A stretch of 64,000 nucleotides of DNA, taken from Candidatus Woesebacteria bacterium (lineage in GTDB: Bacteria; Patescibacteriota; Microgenomatia; UBA1400; PJMF01). The stretch covers positions 79,326-143,325 of the forward strand of contig JASFHL010000002.1 in the NCBI GenBank assembly GCA_050123235.1, in the 5' to 3' direction. The position numbers were made by a program, and so were the translations under genes. Positions 38,626 through 48,663 of this stretch are shown here, one piece after another. Each line of letters opens with the position of its first letter. Positions within the stretch are counted from its first letter, which is position 1. The notes below the pieces were generated by a model. That model did not search any database. It saw nothing but the letters and a program-made list of their open reading frames with translations, and was not told where the DNA came from.

Positions 38626-39261
38626 ATGAAAAAGAAAAATGTTCATATTATTGATCATCCTTTTGTGATCGATTCTTTATCTCACTTACGAAATAAAGAT
38701 ACCAAAATTAAAAAATTTCGTCATCATTCTGATAAAATTTGCCAACTTTTATTTGCAGAAGCCATAAGAGGTCTAGATTTTAAAAAACAAAAGATTAAAA
38801 CACCACTCACAGTTACCACTGTCAAAAAATTAAAAGACGAAGTGATTATTGTCCCGATTCTACGTTCTGGCATTGCTATGTTATTTGGAGCCATGCACCT
38901 GTTGCCAAAATCAAAAGTGGGTTTTGTGGGTTTAGAAAGAGATGAACAAACAGCCATTGCTTATGAGTACTATTGGAAAATTCCTGCTGTGAGCAAAAAC
39001 TCAGTCATCATTATCACCGACCCCATGCTAGCTACTGGAGGTTCTATCCTGCATGTATTAAAAAAAATTTCTAGAGAAACAAAAGCAAAAGCCATCAGAA
39101 TTGTGAGTGTAGTTTGTGCTCCTGAAGGTATTAAAGCCATTCATAAAGAATTTCCTAAAATAGAAATCTTTACTGCAGCTGTAGACTCTCACCTAAATGA
39201 TATCAAGTTTATTGTACCAGGTTTAGGTGATTATGGTGACCGTTATTTTGGAACTGAATAA
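38626..39261 (+). CDS. upp: Uracil phosphoribosyltransferase
   Basis: VPILRSG, DPMLATGGS, IVPGLGDYGDRYFGT. Confidence 0.95.
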   Translation: MKKKNVHIIDHPFVIDSLSHLRNKDTKIKKFRHHSDKICQLLFAEAIRGLDFKKQKIKTPLTVTTVKKLKDEVIIVPILRSGIAMLFGAMHLLPKSKVGFVGLERDEQTAIAYEYYWKIPAVSKNSVIIITDPMLATGGSILHVLKKISRETKAKAIRIVSVVCAPEGIKAIHKEFPKIEIFTAAVDSHLNDIKFIVPGLGDYGDRYFGTE

Positions 39262-39364
39262 AGAATTAAAAAATTATTGGCTTTTTCAAGAAAATAAGAG
39301 TAAAATATAATCTTCATTAAGATCGCTATTATTTTTCCGTATTTTGCGAATCAAGATCAAAATT

Positions 39365-41191
39365 ATGCAAATCAGAAATATTGCTATTATTGCTCATGTT
39401 GACCACGGTAAAACCACCCTGATCGATGGTATGCTCAAGCAAACTGATACTTTCAGAATAAATCAGGCTGAAATGAGCCAGCATGCTATTTTAGACCAAA
39501 ATGATCTAGAAAAAGAAAAAGGCATCACTATTTTGGCAAAAAACACCGCTGTTTTTTATAAAGACTATAAAATCAATATCATTGATACTCCAGGCCATGC
39601 TGATTTTAGTGGAGAAGTAGAACGAGTCATTAACATGGCTGATGGAGCTTTACTAATAGTTGATGCTGCTGAAGGTCCTTTACCTCAAACCAAATTTGTT
39701 TTACAAAAAGCTATTGAACAAAATCTTAAAATAATAGTAATCATTAATAAAATTGATAGAAAAGATGCTCAGCCAGAACAAGCTCTTAAAAAAACAGAAG
39801 AATTGTTTTTAAACTTAGCAGACAACGATCAACAACTAATTTTTCCAGTCCTCTATGCTGCTGGTAGAGCTGGTAAGATTTGGCATAAACTACCAACTAA
39901 TATTGAAGAAGCAGCGGACCTAAGTCCTCTTTTTGAAGAAATTATCAAAACAATTCCCGAATCTCAGGCTGACGCGAATAAACCTTTTAAAATGTTAGTC
40001 TCCAACCTTGACTTTGATGATTATAAAGGCACATATGCAATTGGCAAAGTTTCACAAGGAATAATAAAAACAGGTCAAAACATTGTTCTCATGGATGAGA
40101 ATAAAATATTATCTCAACAAAAAATTCAGCATATTTTTACTAGTAGAGGATTATCTAGAGAAGAAATTGAAACTTGCCAAAGTGGAGACATCATTGCCAT
40201 TACCGGCATCAAAGATATTCGGATTGGCCAAACTATTGTGGATCCGATTGATCCTACTGGCTACCCTCGTATCCAAATTGGTGAAGCCACCATTAAAATC
40301 CAAATTTCTGCCAATAGCTCTCCTTTAGCTGGTAGAGAAGGGGACTTTGTCACTGCCAGACAATTAAAAGATCGATTAAAAAAAGAACAAAAGACTAACA
40401 TTGGCTTAAAAATTGAATCTCAGCAAAATGGCAAAGGTTTTATGGTAGCTGGGAGAGGAGAGCTACATCTAGCTATTTTAGTTGAAAACATGCGTAGAGA
40501 AGGTTATGAGATGGAAGTGGCTAAACCACAGGTGATTTTAAAAGAGATTAATGGCCAAGTTTCTGAACCTATTGAAGAATTGACCATCGAAATTGATCAA
40601 AATTTCGTTGGCATTATCACAGAAGAACTAGGTAAAAGAAAAGGTGAACTAATCGAAAGTTTCACCAATGATAAAGCAATTTCTAGAATGGTCTACAGAA
40701 TCGCCAGTAAGAATTTACTAGGATTTAGAAGTAAAATTCTAACTAAAACCAGAGGAAATGGCTTATTTAGCAGTCACTTTTTAGAATATCAGGCTATCGG
40801 TCCTAAAGCTAAAAAATTAAGAAATGGTGCTCTGGTGGCTAGTCATTCAGGTAACGCTACTAGCTATGCCTTAAGAACAGCCCAAAATCGTGGACTTACT
40901 TTCATTCCAGCTGGTAGCGAAGTCTACCAAGGGATGATTATTGGTTTAAATAAACAAAGCGAAGATATAGAAATCAACGTCACTAAGGCAAAAAAATTAA
41001 CAAATTTCCGTTCTAATGCAGATATTAGCGTCCCGCTAGAACCTCCTATGATCCTTAGCTTAGAGCAGTCTTTAGATTTTATTGAAGATGATGAACTTTT
41101 GGAAGTCACTCCTAAAAATTTAAGATTAAGAAAAAAATTCTTAGATAAGGGAGATCGAGTGAAGCAAGCTAAAAAGATGGCTTTGTCCTGA
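39365..41191 (+). CDS. typA: Translational GTPase TypA/BipA
   Basis: [45 protein letters not shown]. Confidence 0.96.
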   Translation: MQIRNIAIIAHVDHGKTTLIDGMLKQTDTFRINQAEMSQHAILDQNDLEKEKGITILAKNTAVFYKDYKINIIDTPGHADFSGEVERVINMADGALLIVDAAEGPLPQTKFVLQKAIEQNLKIIVIINKIDRKDAQPEQALKKTEELFLNLADNDQQLIFPVLYAAGRAGKIWHKLPTNIEEAADLSPLFEEIIKTIPESQADANKPFKMLVSNLDFDDYKGTYAIGKVSQGIIKTGQNIVLMDENKILSQQKIQHIFTSRGLSREEIETCQSGDIIAITGIKDIRIGQTIVDPIDPTGYPRIQIGEATIKIQISANSSPLAGREGDFVTARQLKDRLKKEQKTNIGLKIESQQNGKGFMVAGRGELHLAILVENMRREGYEMEVAKPQVILKEINGQVSEPIEELTIEIDQNFVGIITEELGKRKGELIESFTNDKAISRMVYRIASKNLLGFRSKILTKTRGNGLFSSHFLEYQAIGPKAKKLRNGALVASHSGNATSYALRTAQNRGLTFIPAGSEVYQGMIIGLNKQSEDIEINVTKAKKLTNFRSNADISVPLEPPMILSLEQSLDFIEDDELLEVTPKNLRLRKKFLDKGDRVKQAKKMALS

Positions 41192-41253
41192 TTGATCAAA
41201 AACTATTGGCTTAAGAGCCTAAATAGGATAATATTCTTAATATTGCATTATAC

Positions 41254-41279
41254 AAGTCCTAAAAAAAGGGCTTTTTTTT
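41254..41279 (+). terminator. Probable intrinsic terminator after typA
   Basis: AAGTCCT-A6-AGGGCTT followed by a T-run. Confidence 0.5.
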
Positions 41280-41333
41280 GTTTTCCCGATAAAAAAAATT
41301 ATCTCTGTTTGATGTTTAATGGAGGATGATTTG

Positions 41334-41407
41334 TGAGTCAGCTGGGACTCGAACCCAGGACACCCTGCTTAAGAGGCAGGTGCTCTAACCAACTGAGCTA
41401 CTGACCC
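41334..41407 (-). tRNA. tRNA-Lys(CTT)
   Basis: Reverse-complement cloverleaf; cctgc-ct-CTT-aa-gcagg. Confidence 0.95.
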
Positions 41408-41485
41408 TAACTATTTATTATTGTTTTATTTTCAAATAATCCGGACGTCCCAATTTTAAAAACTTAATTTCCTATCCAATATATG

Positions 41486-41568
41486 TGCCCAGGAGAGGAC
41501 TTGAACCTCCACGAAATAAATTCACAGCCTCCTCAAGACTGCGCGTCTACCAGTTCCGCCACCTGGGC
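41486..41568 (-). tRNA. tRNA-Leu(GAG)
   Basis: Reverse-complement cloverleaf with variable arm; cagtc-tt-GAG-ga-ggctg. Confidence 0.93.
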
Positions 41569-41638
41569 TAATAGATTTATATATTATAAAACCAATCATC
41601 CTGAAGCTCAAATCAAGAAATCACAAAAATCAAGTCTG

Positions 41639-41723
41639 TGCCGAAGAGAGGATTTGAACCTCCACCCCGCTAAGCAGGACACGCTTCTGAGGCGTGCGCG
41701 TCTACCAATTCCGCCACTTCGGC
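41639..41723 (-). tRNA. tRNA-Leu(CAG)
   Basis: Reverse-complement cloverleaf with variable arm; cacgc-ct-CAG-aa-gcgtg. Confidence 0.95.
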
Positions 41724-41740
41724 TGAAATTTAAGAAGTTG

Positions 41741-42460
41741 TTATTTAGTAACCAATGCTTTATAACGTGTAATTGGTCCAAATTTACGATAAAAAGCTTC
41801 CAAGATAAGTTCAACAGTTCTATTGATGGTAAAGTAATTAGTATTAATAGTCAAATCATAAGAATTAGCTGCATCTAATTTTTTTCTAAAATATTGCTTT
41901 ACAAAGTCCTTTCTTTCTTTTTCTTCCTTAGCAATCACTTTTTTTGCTTGTTGTCTAGTAAAGCCTTCAAACTCCATGGCTCTATTGACTCTCACCGCAT
42001 AAGGAGCCACTACGTTTACATGAAGGCCTCTGGCAAAAGGACAGATGAAATTAGCCCCTCTGCCCAGAATTACCACATGACCCTTATGAGCATAGGCCAA
42101 AATAATTCTCGTTAATTCTTTCAAGTAAGTAATATTATCAACATAATCAGGATTTAGAATAGAGTGAACAATATCATTAATTCTAGTCCTACTTTTCTCG
42201 TCAATTTCTCTAATAATAGCTTTACTTTTTTTAATTGAATGAGAAATATCATCAATAATTTGCTCATCAACAAAGATAAAATCTAATTTTTGAGCTAACT
42301 TTTTGGCAATAGGAGCGCCACCACTACCCGGCTCACGAGCTATGGTAATAAAGGGCTTAGTAAAGATCTCCCCATTTTCCTGATAACTCTCCAGTAATTT
42401 ATCTTTCAGCTTCATCGCAGTGATCATTTTATTGACCAAGGGATAATAGTGAATCTTCAT
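41741..42460 (-). CDS. Cytidylate kinase-like family protein
   Basis: ITIAREPGSGG, VVILGRGA, YDLTINT. Confidence 0.88.
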   Translation of the reverse strand: MKIHYYPLVNKMITAMKLKDKLLESYQENGEIFTKPFITIAREPGSGGAPIAKKLAQKLDFIFVDEQIIDDISHSIKKSKAIIREIDEKSRTRINDIVHSILNPDYVDNITYLKELTRIILAYAHKGHVVILGRGANFICPFARGLHVNVVAPYAVRVNRAMEFEGFTRQQAKKVIAKEEKERKDFVKQYFRKKLDAANSYDLTINTNYFTINRTVELILEAFYRKFGPITRYKALVTK

Positions 42461-42501
42461 ACTTTGTATTATAACGTTTTTTTTGGAAAAAGCATGATTA
42501 T

Positions 42502-42885
42502 TTAATTAAAAAATTGACTGTTTAAAGGAATCTTATCTAGAGCGTCTAAAAGGCCATTTCTTCTAAAAAAACTTTGTTTAGAAACATAAGTGACTCCCTC
42601 TTGTTGAGCTAGCCCACGGCCAGATCTTTGATCATAAGAAAAAATAAAAACTGCTAAATTTAAAGCTAAAGCAGCTTGCATATAGACCTTCCAATCTTCT
42701 CCAGTTAAAGTAGTGATAATCAATAAGCTTGCTTTAGCTTCTTCTAAGATTCTTTCCGCCTCTTCCACTTGCCCAACTTCTTCAACTTTTACAGCTTTAT
42801 AACCTTTAAAACGTAAAGCTGTAATGAGCACTTTTTCTAAATTACAATCTCCCTGTAAAATTGCAGCTCTAGGTCTTTCTTCCAT
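42502..42885 (-). CDS. Hypothetical protein, degenerate receiver (REC)-like domain
   Basis: Alternating beta/alpha pattern, GYKAV and YVSKQ; no Asp at the expected phosphoacceptor position. Confidence 0.45.
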   Translation of the reverse strand: MEERPRAAILQGDCNLEKVLITALRFKGYKAVKVEEVGQVEEAERILEEAKASLLIITTLTGEDWKVYMQAALALNLAVFIFSYDQRSGRGLAQQEGVTYVSKQSFFRRNGLLDALDKIPLNSQFFN

Positions 42886-43029
42886 AAAATTAATTTCCTT
42901 TTTACATATTTATTATGTCGATATTGTCTCAACAATTATAAAATAAATTTAAAAAAAACCAAAGAATCTTTATTCCTAAACAGAATTAGCCATCACGAAA
43001 TGTTATAATTTAATGGTTCTTTAAACTCT

Positions 43030-43103
43030 GCCTCAGTAGCTCAGTGGATTAGAGCGCCGGTCTTCGGAACCGGGCGTCGGGGGTTCGAATCCCTCCTGAG
43101 GCA
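43030..43103 (+). tRNA. tRNA-Arg(TCG)
   Basis: Cloverleaf; ccggt-ct-TCG-ga-accgg. Confidence 0.95.
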
Positions 43104-43131
43104 CCTTACTAATTAGCTCCTAAAATAAATT

Positions 43132-44028
43132 ATGAAAATCATTTCTGGACTATCCAACCTCAAATTAGCTCAAAAAATTGCCAACAAGCTTAATTTAAGT
43201 ATAGTAGATTGTGAAATTTCTAATTTTAAAAATGAAGAAAAAAGAATCTGGATCAAAGAAAATTTGAGAAGTGAAAATATTACCTTAGTTCAATCCTTTT
43301 CCTCTCCAGTTGATAGCCATATCATTGAAACTCTACTCATAACAGATGCGCTGGAAAGAATGGGTGCTAGGCACGTTAATCTTTTAGTTCCTTGGATGGG
43401 CTATTCCTTGCAAGACAAAGTCTTTAGAGAAGGAGAACCAATTGCTGCCAAAATGGTTGCCAACATTCTTTCAAATACTTATATTAGAAGAGTTTTCTTA
43501 TTAGATCTTCATAATAATAGTATTCCTGGATTTTTTTCAATCCCTACTCATCACTTATCAGCCATGGATATTTTTGCAGATTATATAAAAGAAAATTTTG
43601 ATTTAAAAAAAGCTATTATTGCCAGTCCTGACTTTGGCGGCTTAAAAAGAGCTAGATCTTTTGCTAACAAACTTGGATTAGATTTGATTAATATTGATAA
43701 ACACCGTGATTTAAAAACTGGAAAAGTAACAGCTGTTGGCTTACATGGAAAAACAAAAAACAAGACTGTTTTCCTTTTTGATGATGTGATTATGTCCGGT
43801 GGAACAGTAGTTGAGTCTGCTAAAATACTTAAAAAAGAAGGAGCAAAGCAAGTTCACTTTTTAGCAACACATGCTGTTTTATGTGATAATGCTATCCAAA
43901 AGATTCAAAAATCAAAAATTGATAGTGTGGTAGTCACTAATTCCATTTACCACAAAAAAATTAATGATAGAATAAAGACTCTTGATGTTTCACCTATTTT
44001 TGCTGAAGCAATTAAGCAATGGCTATAA
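43132..44028 (+). CDS. prs: Ribose-phosphate pyrophosphokinase
   Basis: LDLH, ASPDFGG, FDDVIMSGGT, ATHAV. Confidence 0.95.
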   Translation: MKIISGLSNLKLAQKIANKLNLSIVDCEISNFKNEEKRIWIKENLRSENITLVQSFSSPVDSHIIETLLITDALERMGARHVNLLVPWMGYSLQDKVFREGEPIAAKMVANILSNTYIRRVFLLDLHNNSIPGFFSIPTHHLSAMDIFADYIKENFDLKKAIIASPDFGGLKRARSFANKLGLDLINIDKHRDLKTGKVTAVGLHGKTKNKTVFLFDDVIMSGGTVVESAKILKKEGAKQVHFLATHAVLCDNAIQKIQKSKIDSVVVTNSIYHKKINDRIKTLDVSPIFAEAIKQWL

Positions 44029-44040
44029 AATCTTGATATT

Positions 44041-45276
44041 ATGAAAATGTCTCAATTGGCTTTTAGGCCTCTCAAAAATCCACCGGCTAATGCTGATACT
44101 CTTAACCATGCACTCTTAGTGCAAGCTGGTTTTGTGCGTCAACTCATGGCTGGAGTATACAGTTACACTCCTTTAGGCCTGAAAGTTCTCAATAAAATCA
44201 GGAATGTGATTAGAGAGGAAATGAATGCGATAGGTGGCCAAGAAATCCTCATGCCTTCTTTGCATCCAAGTAAAAATTGGAAACAAACCGGAGCTTGGGA
44301 TGGAGTTGATGTGCTTTTTAAAATCAAGAGCAGAACTGATAGAGATTATGCTCTTGGTCAAAGTCATGAAGAAGTAGTCACTCCTTTAGCCAAAGATATT
44401 ATTAAAAGCTACCGCGATCTTCCTTTGGCTTTATATCAAATCCATTGGAAATTTAGAGATGAACTTAGAGCTAAATCAGGTATTTTAAGAGGCAGAGAGT
44501 TTGAGATGAAAGATATGTATAGTTTTCACGAAACTCAATCGGATTTTGATAAATTTTACCAAAAAGTCAAGGATGCTTATCTTAAAGCTTATAAAAAAAT
44601 TGATCTAGTTGCCAAAGTCACTGAAGCTTCTGGAGGCAGTTTTTCCAACAAGATTTCTTATGAGTTTATGGTCTTAACTGATGCCGGCGAAGATGATATT
44701 TATTATTGTTCTAACTGTGAATTTTGTGTAAATAGTGAGATTGCCAAGAAAAAAGCAGGCGATATTTGTCCTAACTGTAAAAAAGCAAAACTAAAAGCAG
44801 CTCGCGCTTCTGAAGTAGGTAATGTCTTTGACTTGGGTCAAAAATATAGCAAAGATTTTGATTTAAGCTACACTAATCAAAAAGGTGAAAAAAAGCAACC
44901 TATCATGGGTTGCTATGGTTGGGGTACTACCAGAACCATGGGTGTGGTAGTAGAAAAATCAAATGATAAACGCGGGATTATCTGGCCTAAAGCCATTGCT
45001 CCTTTCCAGCTACATCTAATTTCGATTAAAGGGGCAGAACAAGAAGCAAAAAAACTTTATCAGCAATTGCTAGCAGAAAAAATAGAAATCATTTGGGATG
45101 ACCGTGATGAAAATCCTGGTAGTAAGTTTGCTGACGCAGATTTAATTGGTATACCAGTAAGATTAGTAGTGTCATTGAAAAATAAAAATAAGGTTGAATG
45201 GAAAGAGAGAGATAAAGAAAAAACTAAATTAATCAAGTCTAAAGAACTAATTAAAAGATTAAAAGCATCTTCATGA
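44041..45276 (+). CDS. proS: Prolyl-tRNA synthetase (short form, no editing domain)
   Basis: HEEVVT, KFRDELRAKSGILRGREFEMKDMY, MGCYGWG, GSKFADADLIG. Confidence 0.95.
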   Translation: MKMSQLAFRPLKNPPANADTLNHALLVQAGFVRQLMAGVYSYTPLGLKVLNKIRNVIREEMNAIGGQEILMPSLHPSKNWKQTGAWDGVDVLFKIKSRTDRDYALGQSHEEVVTPLAKDIIKSYRDLPLALYQIHWKFRDELRAKSGILRGREFEMKDMYSFHETQSDFDKFYQKVKDAYLKAYKKIDLVAKVTEASGGSFSNKISYEFMVLTDAGEDDIYYCSNCEFCVNSEIAKKKAGDICPNCKKAKLKAARASEVGNVFDLGQKYSKDFDLSYTNQKGEKKQPIMGCYGWGTTRTMGVVVEKSNDKRGIIWPKAIAPFQLHLISIKGAEQEAKKLYQQLLAEKIEIIWDDRDENPGSKFADADLIGIPVRLVVSLKNKNKVEWKERDKEKTKLIKSKELIKRLKASS

Positions 45277-45620
45277 ATCGCGACTATAAAAATCTTGTTT
45301 TTACTAAACATGCGCTAGATCGTTTAAAAAGTCGTTCTCTAACTCAAGAGCATATTTATCAAACTATTAATTTTCCTGATCTTAGTAAGAAATCTAGACA
45401 AGCAGGTACTAAAAAATTTATAAAAAAAATAAAGGGTCGTAAAGTTCATAGTATAGCAAGTTTTTTAGATGATCAAAAAAAATGGCTGGTGATTTCTGTT
45501 TGGGTGAGAGGAGAGGAAGATAAATTGCCATTTATCTGGCAATTTATCACTTTGCCTTTTAAATTATTTATTAAAATTTTGAAATTAATTATCAAGCAGT
45601 TTTTAAAAAATAAAAAATGA
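45273..45620 (+). CDS. DUF4258-like protein
   Basis: FTKHALDRLKSRSL...WLVISVWVR; amphipathic C-terminal tail. Confidence 0.65.
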   Translation: MNRDYKNLVFTKHALDRLKSRSLTQEHIYQTINFPDLSKKSRQAGTKKFIKKIKGRKVHSIASFLDDQKKWLVISVWVRGEEDKLPFIWQFITLPFKLFIKILKLIIKQFLKNKK

Positions 45621-45863
45621 AATTAGTTCAATTTTTTACTGCGAAAATTGCAAAAAATATCTAGTCTTATAAAAAATATTTTCTTCAATCTTATAAAAAA
45701 CTATATACCTTCTAATCAATCTTTTTTCCTTATGGGTTTTTTCTGTAAAAAAGTATATAGTACTAAATACTACCCGGTGAGGGGTCCACTACAAATTACC
45801 AGATTTCATATCTAAGAAATCCAGGGATTTGTGGTGGTTTTATTATTAAGATATACTATTAAA

Positions 45864-46739
45864 GTGCAAAAGAAAAAATTGATTGTCACTCACCATGCTC
45901 CTGATCCTGATGCTATTGCTGCTGTTTGGCTTTTAAAAAACTTTGATAGTCAGCATTATGCTGATGCTAGAGTTGCTTTTGTTAATCCTGGAGAAAAAAT
46001 TGATCTAGAAGAAGCAGAAAAATATCAAGCACAACTTCATGAGATAACTTTTGTTGATACTGGTCATGGAGAATTTGATCATCATCAACCATCCAGAGCT
46101 AAAAAAAAAATTTGTGCTTCTTCATTAGTATTTGACTATATTTGCAAATTGCATCCTGAAAGAAAAGAAGATAAAGCCCTTCAAGAATTAGTTGCATTCA
46201 TTAATGATCTAGATCATTTTGGAGAAATATATTGGCCAGAACCTACTCATACTCGTTATGTTTTCATGCTCCATGAGTTAATCAGAGGACATGAATATAC
46301 AGATCCTCATAATGATGATTCACAAATGCATTTTGGACTTAAATGCCTAGACTATGCTTATGCAGCTTTAAAAAAATCAATCAGAGCTGCTGAAGCTATT
46401 GAACAAAAAGGCATAGAATTTGACATCCAAGGTGGTAAGGCTTTGGCAATTGAAACTAGAAATGACGATGCTATTAAAAGAGCTCAAAAAATGGGTTTCT
46501 TATTAGTGATTAGTAAAGATAGTAAACAAGGTAATATCAGAATTAAAGCCAGACCAGATGCTAAATTTAATCTTGATAAACTTTATCAAGCAATCAAAAA
46601 AATTGATCATAAAGGAACTTGGTTTTACCATGGTGGCGGCAAAATGTTACTTAACGGTTCTAGGAAAAAACGTAATCATCTGGCTAGCCCATTAACCTTA
46701 GAAGAAACTATGAAATTAGTAAAGGAGCATTATGCATAA
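45864..46739 (+). CDS. DHH/MYG1-like phosphoesterase
   Basis: VTHHAPDPDA, VDTG.GEFDHHQ, CASSLV. Start placed at GTG 45864. Confidence 0.65.
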   Translation: MQKKKLIVTHHAPDPDAIAAVWLLKNFDSQHYADARVAFVNPGEKIDLEEAEKYQAQLHEITFVDTGHGEFDHHQPSRAKKKICASSLVFDYICKLHPERKEDKALQELVAFINDLDHFGEIYWPEPTHTRYVFMLHELIRGHEYTDPHNDDSQMHFGLKCLDYAYAALKKSIRAAEAIEQKGIEFDIQGGKALAIETRNDDAIKRAQKMGFLLVISKDSKQGNIRIKARPDAKFNLDKLYQAIKKIDHKGTWFYHGGGKMLLNGSRKKRNHLASPLTLEETMKLVKEHYA

Positions 46740-47202
46740 AGATGATTGCGTTTTTTGTCAAATTGCTAAAGGAGAAATGCCTTGTCACAAAGTATGGGAA
46801 GATGAAAAACATCTTGCTTTTTTATCAATCTTTCCTAATACCGAAGGTTTCACCGTCATCGCCCCCAAAGAGCATTATTCTAGCTATGCTTTCGAACAGG
46901 AAAATCAAGTATTATCAGAACTAATAATTGCTACCAAGAAAACGGCTCAAGTCTTGGATAAGTTTTTCAAAGATGTAAATCGTTGTGGGATGTTTTTTGA
47001 AGGCTATGGGGTTGATCATCTTCATAGTAAACTTTTTCCAATGCATGGCACTGTAGCAATAGATGAGTGGCAAAATATAGAAAGTAAAGGGTTTGACCAA
47101 TATTTTGATCAATATCCTGGTTATCTTTGTTCAAATAATTCCAAAAGGGCGGATGATAAAAAATTGGCTAAATTAGCTAAAGCCATTAGAGATTCTTATT
47201 AA
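46732..47202 (+). CDS. HIT family protein
   Basis: DCVFCQI, FLSIFPNTEGFT, VDHLHSKLFPMH. Confidence 0.9.
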   Translation: MHKDDCVFCQIAKGEMPCHKVWEDEKHLAFLSIFPNTEGFTVIAPKEHYSSYAFEQENQVLSELIIATKKTAQVLDKFFKDVNRCGMFFEGYGVDHLHSKLFPMHGTVAIDEWQNIESKGFDQYFDQYPGYLCSNNSKRADDKKLAKLAKAIRDSY

Positions 47203-47313
47203 AATCAAAGATACTCTCCCAGAAAGTTTAACTTTGAGATATAATACAGCACTATCTTTATTAGAAAACAAATTAATCAATAAATCAAAATATTTGGATA
47301 GGAGGTGTTCAAC

Positions 47314-47565
47314 TTGCCAATTATTGTCAAAGCTAAAAAGAATGATTCTACTAGTGACTTGATTAAAAAATTCAAAAAAATGGTTGCAGCTAGTGACGTA
47401 GTACAAATCTGCAAAGATAGAAGATATCATCAAAAGCCTTCCAAAACTAAATCTGTGAATATAGCACAATATAAACGTTTAAGAAAAAGAATGCGTTCAC
47501 TCAAAAAAATGAAAAATACTTCAGCCTCAGTTCTAGAGAGAATGGCAGAAAGATTGAACGCTTAA
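47314..47565 (+). CDS. rpsU: 30S ribosomal protein S21
   Basis: LIKKFKK...KDRRYHQKPS; GGAGG RBS 8 nt before TTG 47314. Confidence 0.75.
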   Translation: MPIIVKAKKNDSTSDLIKKFKKMVAASDVVQICKDRRYHQKPSKTKSVNIAQYKRLRKRMRSLKKMKNTSASVLERMAERLNA

Positions 47566-47604
47566 AAATAACTGAAACTAGATTTAGTCTCAAGCTTAGA
47601 TTAA

Positions 47605-48210
47605 TTATTTTCTAGATTTGATCCTTGCCTTAATCATGAATTCCCATTGATCACCATCACTGGTATCAAAACTAGTGGAATTGGTTAATTGATATAAATT
47701 TAATAAGTGGTTACTCAAAGATTCTTCGATTTCTTTACGTTGTTCATTTAATTCTGAGACTTCTACTCTTAAATTCGTTACCTGAGGATCAGCTTGCAAT
47801 TGACTTTTCCTAGCTTTGACCTCATGAGTATAACTATCAGCTTGCTGTTTTGCTTCCGTCAATTTGCTATCATTATCAAAAACATTTCTCAAACTTTCTC
47901 TTTTTTCTTTAAGTTCTGCTTTAATTTTCATCAATTCTTCTGCATTACGTTCAATTAAATTTTGTAAAGAAGTAAGGGTAGTAGCTAATTGATCAGATGC
48001 TGCTAATTCATCATCCTGATTATTGGCATCACTGACTTTATCATCATTAGTCGCAGAATTCTGAGAAACTTGCGACAAAGCTTCCAGAGCTAAATCATCT
48101 CCAGACTTGAGTTTTGGCTCAGTTTTTCCTTCTCCCAATTGCGCTGTTTTACTTTGGGCAAGTTTTTTTTGTTTATTAATTGCTAACTGTTTTTGTTGAT
48201 CATCTGTCAT
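47605..48210 (-). CDS. Hypothetical coiled-coil protein
   Basis: Long helical, charged ORF; AGAAAGG RBS before ATG 48210. Confidence 0.7.
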   Translation of the reverse strand: MTDDQQKQLAINKQKKLAQSKTAQLGEGKTEPKLKSGDDLALEALSQVSQNSATNDDKVSDANNQDDELAASDQLATTLTSLQNLIERNAEELMKIKAELKEKRESLRNVFDNDSKLTEAKQQADSYTHEVKARKSQLQADPQVTNLRVEVSELNEQRKEIEESLSNHLLNLYQLTNSTSFDTSDGDQWEFMIKARIKSRK

Positions 48211-48330
48211 AATATTTTTCCTTTCTGTTACCTTAAAACTTATAACAAGTTCTAGAAAACACTGCAAGCCTCATAATTCTTATTTTCTAACTCTTTTGCT
48301 TTTAAAAAACTAATCGATTATACTAATGAG

Positions 48331-48652
48331 AGTGCGCAACCGGGTAATGTGCTTCAATTTGAAGAGGAAAGTCCGGACAGCAGAACGACAGGTGTCCTGC
48401 GAAAGTGGGAGACTCGCCTTAGGCGAGGACAGTAAGAGCAACAGTGACGATAGCCGTGGCGGGCTGTGAAACGACCAAGTGACTGGGTTATCCCGATTTT
48501 CGGGGTAGGCAATCCTCCCTGCTGCAACTAGCGAACTTTACCTTATTGGATTCGTTCCCTATATTTATTTGGCTTGCCAAATCTTAAGGTAATAAAGACT
48601 AGGCCTAGATAGATCATTACTTAAACAGAATCCGGCTTACGAGTTGCGCACT
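48331..48652 (+). ncRNA. rnpB: RNase P RNA
   Basis: GAGGAAAGTCCGG and ACAGAATCCGGCTTAC (P4 halves); terminal helix AGTGCGCAAC/GTTGCGCACT; internal ACAGTGA and GTGAAAC motifs. Confidence 0.95.
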
Positions 48653-48663
48653 ATTTAAATTTT

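Noticed and set aside
41483-41878. ORFs 41483-41878 and 41608-41814, and likewise 19059-19247 and 59958-60177
   Set aside because: They overlap tRNA genes and are translation shadows of them.
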